Positions 35,904 through 45,374 of a stretch of DNA of 63,133 bases are shown in pieces. The stretch comes from Candidatus Peribacteria bacterium. GTDB taxonomy: Bacteria > Patescibacteriota > Gracilibacteria > Peribacterales > Peribacteraceae. Positions within the stretch are counted from its first letter, which is position 1, and every line of letters begins with the position of its first letter. Location: NCBI GenBank assembly GCA_943357915.1, contig CALRGQ010000001.1:72816-135948 (forward strand), given 5' to 3'. The notes under the pieces are model-generated. The model was not told where the DNA came from and did not search any database. It saw only the letters and a program-made list of their open reading frames with translations. The translations under genes were made by a program, and so were the position numbers.

Positions 35904-35970
35904 AATCTCTGGACGAGGGTTTATTGGAGTGTCTCTACCTCAGCCTGAATTCTGAGGTATGCTCCCTGTA

Positions 35971-38199
35971 ATGACATTGCCGCCTCTTAACTTATTGGTT
36001 TTAGATACCGAAACAACGGGCTTTGTGCCGAAGGTGCATCATGTGATGGAGTATGCGTGTTCGGTGATCGAGAAGGGGAAGGTCGTGAAGGAATACGAGC
36101 AATTACTGGAGCTGCCTGAAGGATCGGAGATTCCGCAGGCTGTGCAGGTGCTTACACGCATTCGTCCGGAAGATTTGATTGACCAACCGACATTTGAGAA
36201 AGCGTTGCCAGCCATGCAAGCATTGTTGGGTGATGATACGATTATCGTTGGGCAGAATGTGAAGTTTGATCTAGGGATGCTCAAAGGCGAGGGGTGGGAT
36301 CTGACGGATCGTCCGTGGATCGATACATCGATGCTCGCATCACTGGTTTTTCCGGAGATTGAAAGTTATTCACTTGGGTACATAAGTTCTGTATTGAACC
36401 TGAATCACTCGCCACCACATCGTGCACTTGGTGATGTACGAGCAACGCTGGAATTACTGGGTAAATGCTGGGAACGGCTTAGTGAACTTACACCAAAACA
36501 AGTCACGCGTTTCAATGAATTCTCACTCCGTGGCCCGGAAGGCTATCGGCGAATTTTTGGCGTCCTGAAGGGCTCCGGAAAAAGTACACCGACGTGGATA
36601 ACAGCCGGAAAAAAGATTGGAAAATTACCAAAAGCGCTTTCCGTGGTGTTGCCCGAGAAAGGCAAAGTTCAGCTGACGGAAGAGCCGCTTGATCCAGCAT
36701 TCGTTCCTGCAATTCTCGCAGGGCTTAAAGATACTGTCTGGCTTGCGGTCAAAAATATTGAAGCTACAGCAAAAAAACTCCCGCCTTCCGACATGTTCAC
36801 TGTTCTGTATCCGCCTGAGTTTGTCCTGTCTGAAGCTGCACGTGAGAAATTTTTCATGCAAACCGAATTTGCGGGTGATGAGCTGACACTTGCGATGAAA
36901 CTAGAGCTCTATCCAGCGGTCGTGCGTTCAGATCTTCCGTTGCATGGCGAAGAGTATGCCATCTTTACTGGCAAGCTGGCATGCACGGCTGCGAGTCCTG
37001 AGTACAAGATTCTCAAAGACAAGGCCGCGCATGGTTCGGCCATTCTGAGTCATCAGCATCTGCTCACGAGTGCACTTGCTGCTGAGCCTGCGCTTCCCGA
37101 AGGTCTCTCACTCGTCATCGACGATGCTTCAATGTTGGAAGACACCGCAACGACCGCCTTTGCGTGGTTCTGCATGATGGGCAGCTTGCGTGCTGCTTCG
37201 CAGGGCAATGCAGTCCTGACCAAGTGTGCAGACTTGATCGAACTCTGGGCTGAGCGTATTCGGGCTGACATGGATCTGCGGTATTTGGCTCCGTCGGATC
37301 TTGAATCACGCGATAGCACGGAACTTAAAAAAACGATTGCCGAAGTTCTGGCCACTGATCTGCCTCCACAGGCGAAACTACCACTTGAGCATTTGCTGCT
37401 TATTTTAGATCCTACGAATCTTCCCGGTCGTATCACGTGGATTGAAGCGATGCCCGATGGCAGTAAGATCATCAAATCAGTTCCTGAGGACATCGGTTCA
37501 CTGATGGCGAAGCATGTATACGCTAACTATCCGACGACACTTCTGATTCCTCCGGATAGCCAGGAAGATCTTCAGCCGATTGTGCCGAATGCGGTGCAGA
37601 CTGTTATAGAGCGTGGCGCTCTACCTGAGTCAGGACTGAATATCAGGCTACCGATTGGCACGAATCTTGAGATGATTTTTAAAAAGCCTGAAGGAAAAAC
37701 GATTGTCTTAGTCTCGAGCAAACGGACGATCGAAGATATTTACGTCAAGCATGCCGAGCGGCTGGAAGCCGAAGGCGTGGCGCTTATTTGCCAAGGATTC
37801 AATGGCGGACAGGGTCGCATGCGCGCGGAGTTTCATCGTGCAAAATCTCCGGCATTTTTGGTGATGACGCCGTGGACATTTGAAGCCGTGGAACTTCCGC
37901 CAGACACTGTCGATAGGCTCATTCTGCAGGTTCTTCCATTTGATCACCCCTCACATGCCGTTATCGGTCGTCGTGCAGGGCGTTATCGTGATCCCTTTTC
38001 AGATTATTCGTTGCCGCGGCTGAAACACCGGTTGTTTCGGTTACTTCGTACATTTCGGCGGCATGCCAAAACAGGCGCAACAGTTGATATTTTGGATGAT
38101 CGATTACGAACAAAACCGTATGGTCGTGAGGTCACGGCGTATCTTCTGTCGTTTGGTTCTAAGAAGGCAGAGCAGCCATCGCAGATGTCGTTTTTGTGA
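35971..38199 (+). CDS. DEDDh 3'-5' exonuclease fused to a degenerate DinG-like helicase
   Basis: VLDTETTG, GQNVKFD and HRALGDV exonuclease motifs. The C-terminus resembles helicase C2 (LPFDHP, PFSDYSLP, ILDDRL..KPYG). No Walker A, and DEAH is replaced by DDAS. Confidence 0.85.
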   Translation: MTLPPLNLLVLDTETTGFVPKVHHVMEYACSVIEKGKVVKEYEQLLELPEGSEIPQAVQVLTRIRPEDLIDQPTFEKALPAMQALLGDDTIIVGQNVKFDLGMLKGEGWDLTDRPWIDTSMLASLVFPEIESYSLGYISSVLNLNHSPPHRALGDVRATLELLGKCWERLSELTPKQVTRFNEFSLRGPEGYRRIFGVLKGSGKSTPTWITAGKKIGKLPKALSVVLPEKGKVQLTEEPLDPAFVPAILAGLKDTVWLAVKNIEATAKKLPPSDMFTVLYPPEFVLSEAAREKFFMQTEFAGDELTLAMKLELYPAVVRSDLPLHGEEYAIFTGKLACTAASPEYKILKDKAAHGSAILSHQHLLTSALAAEPALPEGLSLVIDDASMLEDTATTAFAWFCMMGSLRAASQGNAVLTKCADLIELWAERIRADMDLRYLAPSDLESRDSTELKKTIAEVLATDLPPQAKLPLEHLLLILDPTNLPGRITWIEAMPDGSKIIKSVPEDIGSLMAKHVYANYPTTLLIPPDSQEDLQPIVPNAVQTVIERGALPESGLNIRLPIGTNLEMIFKKPEGKTIVLVSSKRTIEDIYVKHAERLEAEGVALICQGFNGGQGRMRAEFHRAKSPAFLVMTPWTFEAVELPPDTVDRLILQVLPFDHPSHAVIGRRAGRYRDPFSDYSLPRLKHRLFRLLRTFRRHAKTGATVDILDDRLRTKPYGREVTAYLLSFGSKKAEQPSQMSFL

Positions 38200-38282
38200 C
38201 CAAGATGCGATTTGCGAATCGCAGCTGCGGGGAAAAATGGGCATATAAGAAAAAATGGCACATCAGAAGGTTCGATGCGTTT

Positions 38283-39677
38283 TTAATCTGCTCCTCGTCC
38301 AAACAACACCACAAACACCGTTCGCCATAAAATCCACAGATCCAACATCAGCGACCAATCCTCGATGTATCGCATATCAAATGCTACTTCTTCTTCAAAT
38401 GGCAGATTGGATCGGCCGGAAATCTGGGCGAGGCCGGTGACGCCGGGGCGAACCGTGAATACGCGACGATGATGCAACGCGTATTTTTCGACTTCACTCG
38501 GCAAGTGTGGGCGTGGCCCGATCAGCGACAGCTGACCTAACACAACGTTCACGAGCTGTGGCAATTCATCGATGCTATAACGGCGCAAGAATCGTCCAAT
38601 CGGTGTCACGCGCGGGTCATTTTTTATTTTAAATAGCGGTCCGTCGGTGCGGTGGCTTCGGTCTTTTAGTTCCTGCTTTTGCAGGTCGGCGTCGCGGCAC
38701 ATTGAGCGGAATTTAAGCAGCGGGATCAGAGTTTTGCCGTATTGCCCGACGCGCGTACTGACATAGAAAATCGGCCAGCCGCAGGTCAGAAGAATAAGTA
38801 TTGCTATCAGTAGCAGTAACGGCGAAAGCAGAATCAGGAGGATAAGTCCCAAGAAAAAATCGATCAGACGTTTAAGAACTCTGCCCCAACCGTCGAGCGG
38901 TGTCGGTTCAAACTTCAGTATCGGGACCAAACCGATGGAGCTGATGCTGAGGCGCTCGGGAACATCCGCGAAGACCGGTGGCACGTAGGCGTATCCGACT
39001 TGGTGACTGCGGCAGTAATCAATGAGTGCGGATGTATCGGCACTGCTTGGGTTTGCATCGGTGTGTAGCACAAGGTCGATCGGATTTTTTTCGTGCAGTG
39101 TTGTGACGTCATGAACCTGTGCCGCGTGACCGAGAAATCGGTACCGAACATCATGTCGTACGTCTTTACTGACGGACTCCGGAAGTCCGCTGCTGCCACA
39201 GGAAATAACTGTGCGTATACCGATGCCGGATTTCAACAATCGGCGTTGGAACAGAATGACTGCCGTACGGCAGGTGAGTGCGAAGAATGTCAGGAAAATA
39301 GTTGATTGGATCAGCAGCACGCGTGAGAAAAATAGCTGCCGCTGGATCATGAAGAACCACGCCATGATGAGCGCAACCCATAAGATGGACCCTACGATTG
39401 TTCGCCAAAGCTCTCTCCAGGGACCAAGTGTTGTACGGAGCGAATACAGTCTGAGGATTGCAGCAATGGCAATGTATCCGACGATCGCAGGTAGGACGAA
39501 GCTGGTGAGATAGTAGTCGAAAGGAGGCAGGGAGCTCTGTTGTGACAAGAGCTGCATGCCTGGCAGCAGATCAATATTCGCTTCTCGTAGTCGGTACGCA
39601 AGCACGAGAGCCGCGAGAGCAGCAAGTGCATCAAGCGGAATGCGTGCAAGGCCGAAGAGGATCTCGGAGCGTTTCAC
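38283..39677 (-). CDS. Polyprenyl-phosphate sugar phosphotransferase (WcaJ/WbaP-like)
   Basis: KRLID, KFRSM, DPRVTPIGRFLRRYSIDELPQL, GPRP and PGVTGLAQISGR motifs. Confidence 0.95.
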   Translation of the reverse strand: MKRSEILFGLARIPLDALAALAALVLAYRLREANIDLLPGMQLLSQQSSLPPFDYYLTSFVLPAIVGYIAIAAILRLYSLRTTLGPWRELWRTIVGSILWVALIMAWFFMIQRQLFFSRVLLIQSTIFLTFFALTCRTAVILFQRRLLKSGIGIRTVISCGSSGLPESVSKDVRHDVRYRFLGHAAQVHDVTTLHEKNPIDLVLHTDANPSSADTSALIDYCRSHQVGYAYVPPVFADVPERLSISSIGLVPILKFEPTPLDGWGRVLKRLIDFFLGLILLILLSPLLLLIAILILLTCGWPIFYVSTRVGQYGKTLIPLLKFRSMCRDADLQKQELKDRSHRTDGPLFKIKNDPRVTPIGRFLRRYSIDELPQLVNVVLGQLSLIGPRPHLPSEVEKYALHHRRVFTVRPGVTGLAQISGRSNLPFEEEVAFDMRYIEDWSLMLDLWILWRTVFVVLFGRGAD

Positions 39678-39721
39678 TGCCTCACAGTATACGCAAAACA
39701 GGCCGATCGCAGCCTGCTTTA

Positions 39722-40097
39722 TGTCCTGCTCTCCGTACGCCGGATTCTGTTCGTCCCGCTTGCGCGAGAGAGATGATCATCTATCTAGTCCGTAAATTGC
39801 TCTACGGATCCAGCGGAGGGGCAACCGGTCTCACGGAACCATGAGAGATTCCAATCGCCCAATTCCTCCTTGCAGCACCTAGAGTTTGCCAAGTCCCTTG
39901 CGGGGTCCTCCGTTCAAGCCGGAGGCGTTTCACATGCCCTTGCGGGCTCGTCTCTGTGGCACTGGTCCTCACGTGTCTTTACCTGATATGTGACACGTGG
40001 GTGGGCGTTACCCACTAAGCGTTCCATTGCTGTCCGGACGTTCCTCCTCGACTTCGCTTTGCAGCTACGCCGAGGCGATCATCGAAAGAGCAGGACA
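39722..40097 (-). ncRNA. rnpB: RNase P RNA
   Basis: GAGGAACGTCCGG (CR I), AGTGCCACAGA (CR II), GTGAAAC (CR III), AACAGAATCCGGCGTA (CR V), and terminal P1 TGTCCTGCTCT/AGAGCAGGACA. Confidence 0.95.
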
Positions 40098-40194
40098 GCC
40101 AGTATCGTCCTTTTGGCTTGGTACTGCAACTAACTCGCGGGCTTTTTTCATAGGCATAACGCCTCTATACTCGCGTTTGGTCCTGAACATCCGG

Positions 40195-40269
40195 GCCGCC
40201 TTAGCTCAGCGGTAGAGCAACGCACTTGTAATGCGTGGGTCGAGAGTTCAATTCTCTCAGGCGGCTCCA
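40195..40269 (+). tRNA. tRNA-Thr(TGT)
   Basis: Acceptor GCCGCCT/AGGCGGC, D arm GCTC/GAGC, anticodon arm ACGCA-CTTGTAA-TGCGT, T arm GAGAG-TTCAATT-CTCTC, encoded CCA. Confidence 0.97.
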
Positions 40270-40348
40270 AGATTTAACATCAACATCACAAGAGCTATCC
40301 TTAAAGAAAAGAACGTTATCCGTCAGAACAATTCGTTCGCCTCATACT

Positions 40349-41437
40349 CTATGCCGCCAACCAGTATCGCGCATGGCGTCGTTTCCCGGTTTTACGGAGA
40401 ATCCCAAGGTTCACCAATTTCTGTAAATCTCGTGTGGCAGTCGCACGCTTGGCTTTTGTGATGGCGATGTACTTTCCAGCGCTGAGCCCGCCGACAAAGC
40501 CCTCTGGTTCTGCTTCGAAGAGTCTATCAATCACTTTCTTCTGGCGCTCGTTCAATTCCGAAAAATATTTACCGTAGAGCGCAGCTTTCTGCAGAATGCC
40601 TTCGATGGAAGAGAGAACGTACTTCTTCGCTGTGATGAGCGTCTTACCAAAGGTGAGGAGCCAATCGGTGATCTCCAAATTCTGGTTATTTCGCTTCAGT
40701 GCGTCATAATACGTCGATTTCTTTATGGCGATTTGCCGTGATACTCCGCTAAGAGCGGGGGCTCCAGCAGATTGAGAGAGTGCTTTCTCAACGAGAGCTC
40801 TTGCCATGCGTCCGTTCCCATCCTCGTAGGGATGAATGGAGACGGCGTACAGGTGAGCTATGCCCGCTCTTGTCAGCGGTGGAAGCGTCTTGAGGGAACC
40901 ATTGAACCATCGGATGAATTCCTTCATGTACCTCGGCACCCCCTTTGAGGGAGGGGCTTCAAAATGCACCGTCTCATTTCCGATTCCACCAGATACAATC
41001 TGCATAGGATCTTCGTGTATACGATAGGAACCGATGCGTTCCAAATCCGTTCTTCCCTGCATCAGAGCGGCGTTCCACCCATCAAGTTCACGTTTCGTCA
41101 GCGGAGACTCATAGTCTTGGTACACCGCCATAATCATTTCTGCCATACCCGCCTCGGCAGGCTGCAGATTTCTTTTAACGGTCGAGAGCCCCAACTTGCG
41201 TCGAATAGACGACTGCACGCTGTCCCGATCAAGTAGTTCGCCTTCGATTTCAGCGGTTTTCACCCCTTCCGTACTGAGGATCTGCACGATGATCTGATTT
41301 CTATCCTGTTCTTCCAGATGCTTCATCGCACCTGTCACTGTACCCAGAAGATGAGCAAATTCTCGTTCCAACGGCTCCATTTTTCCCGTGTCGTAGGTGA
41401 AGTTCGGCCAATGTTTCTGCTGCCAATTCCAGGGCAT
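40349..41437 (-). CDS. Fic family protein (DUF4172 N-terminus, C-terminal HTH)
   Basis: WNWQ...WPNF, TAEIEGE, HPYEDGNGRMAR and ATATRDLQ.L motifs. Confidence 0.93.
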   Translation of the reverse strand: MPWNWQQKHWPNFTYDTGKMEPLEREFAHLLGTVTGAMKHLEEQDRNQIIVQILSTEGVKTAEIEGELLDRDSVQSSIRRKLGLSTVKRNLQPAEAGMAEMIMAVYQDYESPLTKRELDGWNAALMQGRTDLERIGSYRIHEDPMQIVSGGIGNETVHFEAPPSKGVPRYMKEFIRWFNGSLKTLPPLTRAGIAHLYAVSIHPYEDGNGRMARALVEKALSQSAGAPALSGVSRQIAIKKSTYYDALKRNNQNLEITDWLLTFGKTLITAKKYVLSSIEGILQKAALYGKYFSELNERQKKVIDRLFEAEPEGFVGGLSAGKYIAITKAKRATATRDLQKLVNLGILRKTGKRRHARYWLAA

Positions 41438-41439
41438 GG

Positions 41440-41512
41440 TGAGCTATAGGGAAAGATTCTATAGCTCATATTATCAGAAATTATGAGCTAATGAAAGGCT
41501 ATCTATAGCTCA
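41440..41512. promoter_or_regulatory. Paired inverted repeats upstream of fic (putative operator)
   Basis: TGAGCTATAG-9 nt-CTATAGCTCA (41440-41468), and TGAGCTA...CTATAGCTCA (41484-41512). Confidence 0.6.
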
Positions 41513-41547
41513 GTTGGTTCCTGGTAAGCTCTAGTATCCTGCTCCAT

Positions 41548-41715
41548 ATGCGATCGTTCGTCGCGATGGGTGAGTGGTTTGATTGGCTGCATGTTTCTTC
41601 GGATCTTCTGAAAACAGTTTTGAAAGATACGTCATGGAAAATTCAAAAGTTTATTCGATCAAGAGATGGTCTCTATCTTGTTATCATCAAGAGGCGAAAT
41701 GTGATCTCTTCATAG
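41548..41715 (+). pseudogene. Possible 3' fragment of a class I SAM methyltransferase
   Basis: GEWFDWLHVSSDLLKTVLKDTSWKIQKFI resembles methyltransferase C-termini; recognised by eye only. Confidence 0.35.
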
Positions 41716-41777
41716 CGCACTTGCCTGCCCGTCCGTAGCCCAGAGGCGTAGGCGGGAATTCTCTCAGGCGGCTCCAA
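41716..41777 (+). repeat. tRNA-Thr 3' remnant interrupted by a palindromic repeat
   Basis: 41757-41777 is identical to 40250-40270 (21 bp). CGCACTTG at 41716 matches the anticodon arm. A 33 nt CCTGCCC...GGCGGG element lies between them. Confidence 0.85.
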
Positions 41778-41814
41778 CTATCTTTACTCATATCCGTACG
41801 TTATATTGCCGCCT

Positions 41815-42579
41815 ATGGAAGAATTCATCCAACAGATAACCAAAAAAGCTGGCGAAGCTGTTTTGGAGAAATTCGGCAAGATCGGTGCGAAATATTCTAA
41901 AGAAGATGCAAATGATGTTGTTACCGAAGCCGACTTACTCTCGAACGATATCATCATAGATTCAATTAAGAAGCTATACCCAGATCATGGCATTATCTCT
42001 GAAGAAACCGGCGAACATCAACGTGATGCGGAGTATTGTTGGATCATCGACCCTTTGGATGGCACTCTGAATTTCGCTACTAAGATTCCTCTATTCGCAG
42101 TCATAGTTGGACTGGCTAAAAAAGGAGAAATGCAAATGGGAGCTGTTTACAATCCCTGCACAAAAGAATTGTTGTTTGCACAAAAAGGCAAAGGTGCATT
42201 CTTGAATGGTGAAAAAATATTCTGTTCTCAACGAAAAGATTGGAAAGATAGCTTGGGCATAATCGGTTCGAGGCTTACACCAAGGAATATCAAAGTTATA
42301 AGCAATGTGCTCGAACATGCAAGATCCGTATCTTGTCGCATAGATGCTTTTGGCTCTTTCGGTGTGAGTACTTTTTATCTTGCAAGCGGCAGAAGAGACT
42401 GGCAGGTACTGAAAAGAGGCTTACTTTGGGATGTTGCCGCTCCTGCGTTGATCCTTCAGGAAGCGGGATGTGAAGTGACAAATTTCAAAGGTCAACCTTG
42501 GACAATGCAGGACACAGAAATCGCAGTATCCAATACATTTTTGCATCCCACTCTGCTTCAAATTGTGAAGGATATCTGA
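41815..42579 (+). CDS. Inositol monophosphatase family protein
   Basis: DVVTEAD, ISEE, WIIDPLDGTLNF and WDVAA..LILQEAG motifs. Confidence 0.95.
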   Translation: MEEFIQQITKKAGEAVLEKFGKIGAKYSKEDANDVVTEADLLSNDIIIDSIKKLYPDHGIISEETGEHQRDAEYCWIIDPLDGTLNFATKIPLFAVIVGLAKKGEMQMGAVYNPCTKELLFAQKGKGAFLNGEKIFCSQRKDWKDSLGIIGSRLTPRNIKVISNVLEHARSVSCRIDAFGSFGVSTFYLASGRRDWQVLKRGLLWDVAAPALILQEAGCEVTNFKGQPWTMQDTEIAVSNTFLHPTLLQIVKDI

Positions 42580-42654
42580 TCATGATTCAGGATGACAATC
42601 CTATTGAGCAGTTCCGCAAAAGCCCCAGTATCCCGCTTCATCTATCACAAACAT

Positions 42655-42708
42655 TTACCCCTGACACATCTCACACACACCATAAAACTCGAGTGCGTGA
42701 AGTTCCAC
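42655..42708 (-). pseudogene. 3' remnant of the fur/zur gene
   Basis: VELHALEFYGVCEMCQG* versus VERHALEFYGVCEMCQE* at 43657-43710. Confidence 0.9.
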
Positions 42709-42753
42709 GCATGGATTCTTAGGCGGCTCTAGTTAATCTACAAAGGCAAAGAT

Positions 42754-42897
42754 TTACCTGCTTCCTTTGGTTGCTCTCTTCATTTTTTCAGCCTTCTTTA
42801 CCGTCGCTGCTTGCATCTTATTCGCTCGGTCGATCACCTTCATCATGGTGTCGTAACGTTCTGAAGCCGGTGCTGTGAGAAGTTTGATGAGATTCAT
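42754..42897 (-). CDS. Small basic protein (47 aa) downstream of the zeta toxin gene
   Basis: MNLIKLLTAPASERYDTMMKVIDRANKMQAATVKKAEKMKRATKGSR, starting 3 nt after the zeta stop. Below the ORF track cutoff. Confidence 0.65.
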   Translation of the reverse strand: MNLIKLLTAPASERYDTMMKVIDRANKMQAATVKKAEKMKRATKGSR

Positions 42898-42900
42898 ACA

Positions 42901-43605
42901 TTACCTTGGGAGTACGTTCCGTAACTGCTTTTCAGCATATGGGATTTTCATGATACATTCCAGAGATGGGGCAACTGCAAAGAACTGTTTTTCTTGCGAT
43001 ACATAGTTCCTCACGATAACCGTGAGTTCGACTTGTTCCTTAAATTCCTGCTTGATTCTACCTACGTTCTCGTAGGCTTCGAAAAATTTGTGAATGAATG
43101 CCTCCCTTGGCACAAGTCTTCCTTCTACGACCTCTCGTTTTTTTACGAATGCCCACGCTGCAAGCGGATCTTGGTAGATGTAGTGCAATTGCACAGTTCT
43201 ACCACGCTTGAGTGAACGCTGAACATTTTGTCTGGCGATTGCATATGGCGTAAATGTGGAATCCAAAACGATCGATACTCCTTGCTTCAATGCATGGTCG
43301 TAGAGAAAATCAACACCTCGTGATGCGGCTTGTTGAACGACATCCGAGTTGCTTCCTGTATACATAGGCAGCCATTCACGTATGGCATCGGCTTCAATAC
43401 GGAGGAGGGCAGGACCAAGATCAACAATCGACTGTGCATATTCAGTCTTTCCCGCACCTGGAGAACCAGCAAGGAAAATTGAGAGTGGCTTCTCTGGATG
43501 AGACTCCTTGTACCCTTTCGTAAACATAGTGAACAATTCTTTTCGATGGTCTTTCACATATTGCAGTGCCTGTTGCGCAATAATTTTTCGAGTGATGCGA
43601 GTCAT
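42901..43605 (-). CDS. Zeta toxin family P-loop kinase
   Basis: IFLAGSPGAGKTE, IEADAIR, VLDST and RE..EGR.VP motifs. Start MTRITR, 8 nt after TACAAT. Confidence 0.88.
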   Translation of the reverse strand: MTRITRKIIAQQALQYVKDHRKELFTMFTKGYKESHPEKPLSIFLAGSPGAGKTEYAQSIVDLGPALLRIEADAIREWLPMYTGSNSDVVQQAASRGVDFLYDHALKQGVSIVLDSTFTPYAIARQNVQRSLKRGRTVQLHYIYQDPLAAWAFVKKREVVEGRLVPREAFIHKFFEAYENVGRIKQEFKEQVELTVIVRNYVSQEKQFFAVAPSLECIMKIPYAEKQLRNVLPR

Positions 43606-43656
43606 TTGCCAATATTGTAGCGTGGAATGCCGTGCTCCTAACAGGAGCATCCTCTT

Positions 43657-44082
43657 TTACTCCTGACACATCTCACACACACCATAAAATTCCAGCGCAT
43701 GCCGTTCTACTTTGAATCTCTTCTGAGTTTGCACCCGCGCTTCTACTTCATCCAGGTCATGATTCAAGATCACATCATCAATGCGTTTACAGTTGGTGCA
43801 GATTAAATGATGCCGATGTTCTCCGGGTGAAAGTTCGTATCGACGATTTCGTTCATCAAACTGAATGACACGGACGATCTTCTGCGTTGCGAGAAATTTA
43901 AGTTCGCGATAGACAGTTGTTTTATTGGTGAGGATTTCTTTCTTCCGTAAAATTTCCAGAATAGCGACTGCACTCAGCGGCGAGGAGCTATGAGTGAATG
44001 CACGGATAATTTCGCGGCGGGCGAGAGTCATGCGTTGGCCGCTGGCCTTTAAGCCCTCGATGATGTGTTCATCCGATGACAT
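43657..44082 (-). CDS. Fur family regulator, probably Zur
   Basis: RMTLARR, TTVYREL, HRHHLICTNC and FYGVCEMC motifs; near a ZIP transporter. Confidence 0.93.
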   Translation of the reverse strand: MSSDEHIIEGLKASGQRMTLARREIIRAFTHSSSPLSAVAILEILRKKEILTNKTTVYRELKFLATQKIVRVIQFDERNRRYELSPGEHRHHLICTNCKRIDDVILNHDLDEVEARVQTQKRFKVERHALEFYGVCEMCQE

Positions 44083-44126
44083 AGGTGCATTATATTTTGA
44101 ATCCTAAAGCGATACAATAGATTTAA

Positions 44127-44465
<339 letters not shown>

Positions 44466-44575
44466 TTGCGACACATATTTCGTTTCCCCCTTGCCGGTGG
44501 CTTCATCGCTTCTCGGCAAGGTGGATAACGGAAGAACTAACTGAGTGAGACTCATCTGACATTCTCGTCACTCCA

Positions 44576-45334
44576 ATGATACCAACATCACTCCTTACGC
44601 TCCTGAGCGTTCTCGGTGTCAGCCTTCTTTCGCTGCTTGGGATTTCACTGTTTCTGGTGAGAGAGTCACTTATTCGCAAGGTTCTTCTGTACATTGTCAG
44701 CTTCTCAACCGGCAGCCTTTTCGGTGATGTCTTCTTTCATATTCTTCCTGAACTTGCAGAAGACCATGTCGTCTTTGAGCGGGCTATGATCTACGTCTTG
44801 CTGGGAGTTCTTCTGTCTTTTGTCATAGAAAAGATCATTCATTGGCATCATTGTCATATTTTACCAACGGCTGATCACCACTGTGATCATCATCACGTCG
44901 GCATCATGAGTCTTGTTGGTGACGCTGCTCATAATTTCATTGATGGCTTACTGATTGCTGCTAGCTTTCTTGTCAGTATTGAGATTGGTTTTGCGACGAC
45001 GATTGCCGTCATGCTCCATGAAATTCCGCAGGAAATAGGAGACTTTGCAATTTTGCTGCATAGCGGTTTCAGTCGCACGAAAGCGGTTCTCTTCAATCTA
45101 TTATCCGGTCTGATGGCAGTTTTCGGAGCAATGATTGTGCTTATGTCATCAGTCTCTGCACCGGCACTAACGGCAATCTTGCTGCCTATCGCTGCCGGAA
45201 ATTTTTTGTATCTCGCCGGTTCCGATCTCATTCCAGAGCTCCATAAGCACACGGGGATTCGCCAAGGTTTTCTGCAGCTTTTCTGCATGACGCTTGGCAT
45301 GGCTGCGATGTACGCGCTGAAATTTTTAGAATAA
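44576..45334 (+). CDS. ZIP family metal transporter
   Basis: His-rich loop, GDAAHNFIDG, HEIPQEIGDF and SDLIPEL motifs. Confidence 0.95.
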   Translation: MIPTSLLTLLSVLGVSLLSLLGISLFLVRESLIRKVLLYIVSFSTGSLFGDVFFHILPELAEDHVVFERAMIYVLLGVLLSFVIEKIIHWHHCHILPTADHHCDHHHVGIMSLVGDAAHNFIDGLLIAASFLVSIEIGFATTIAVMLHEIPQEIGDFAILLHSGFSRTKAVLFNLLSGLMAVFGAMIVLMSSVSAPALTAILLPIAAGNFLYLAGSDLIPELHKHTGIRQGFLQLFCMTLGMAAMYALKFLE

Positions 45335-45374
45335 GTACGGAGCTACGAATATGACCACGTTTTCTCTATTCGCC

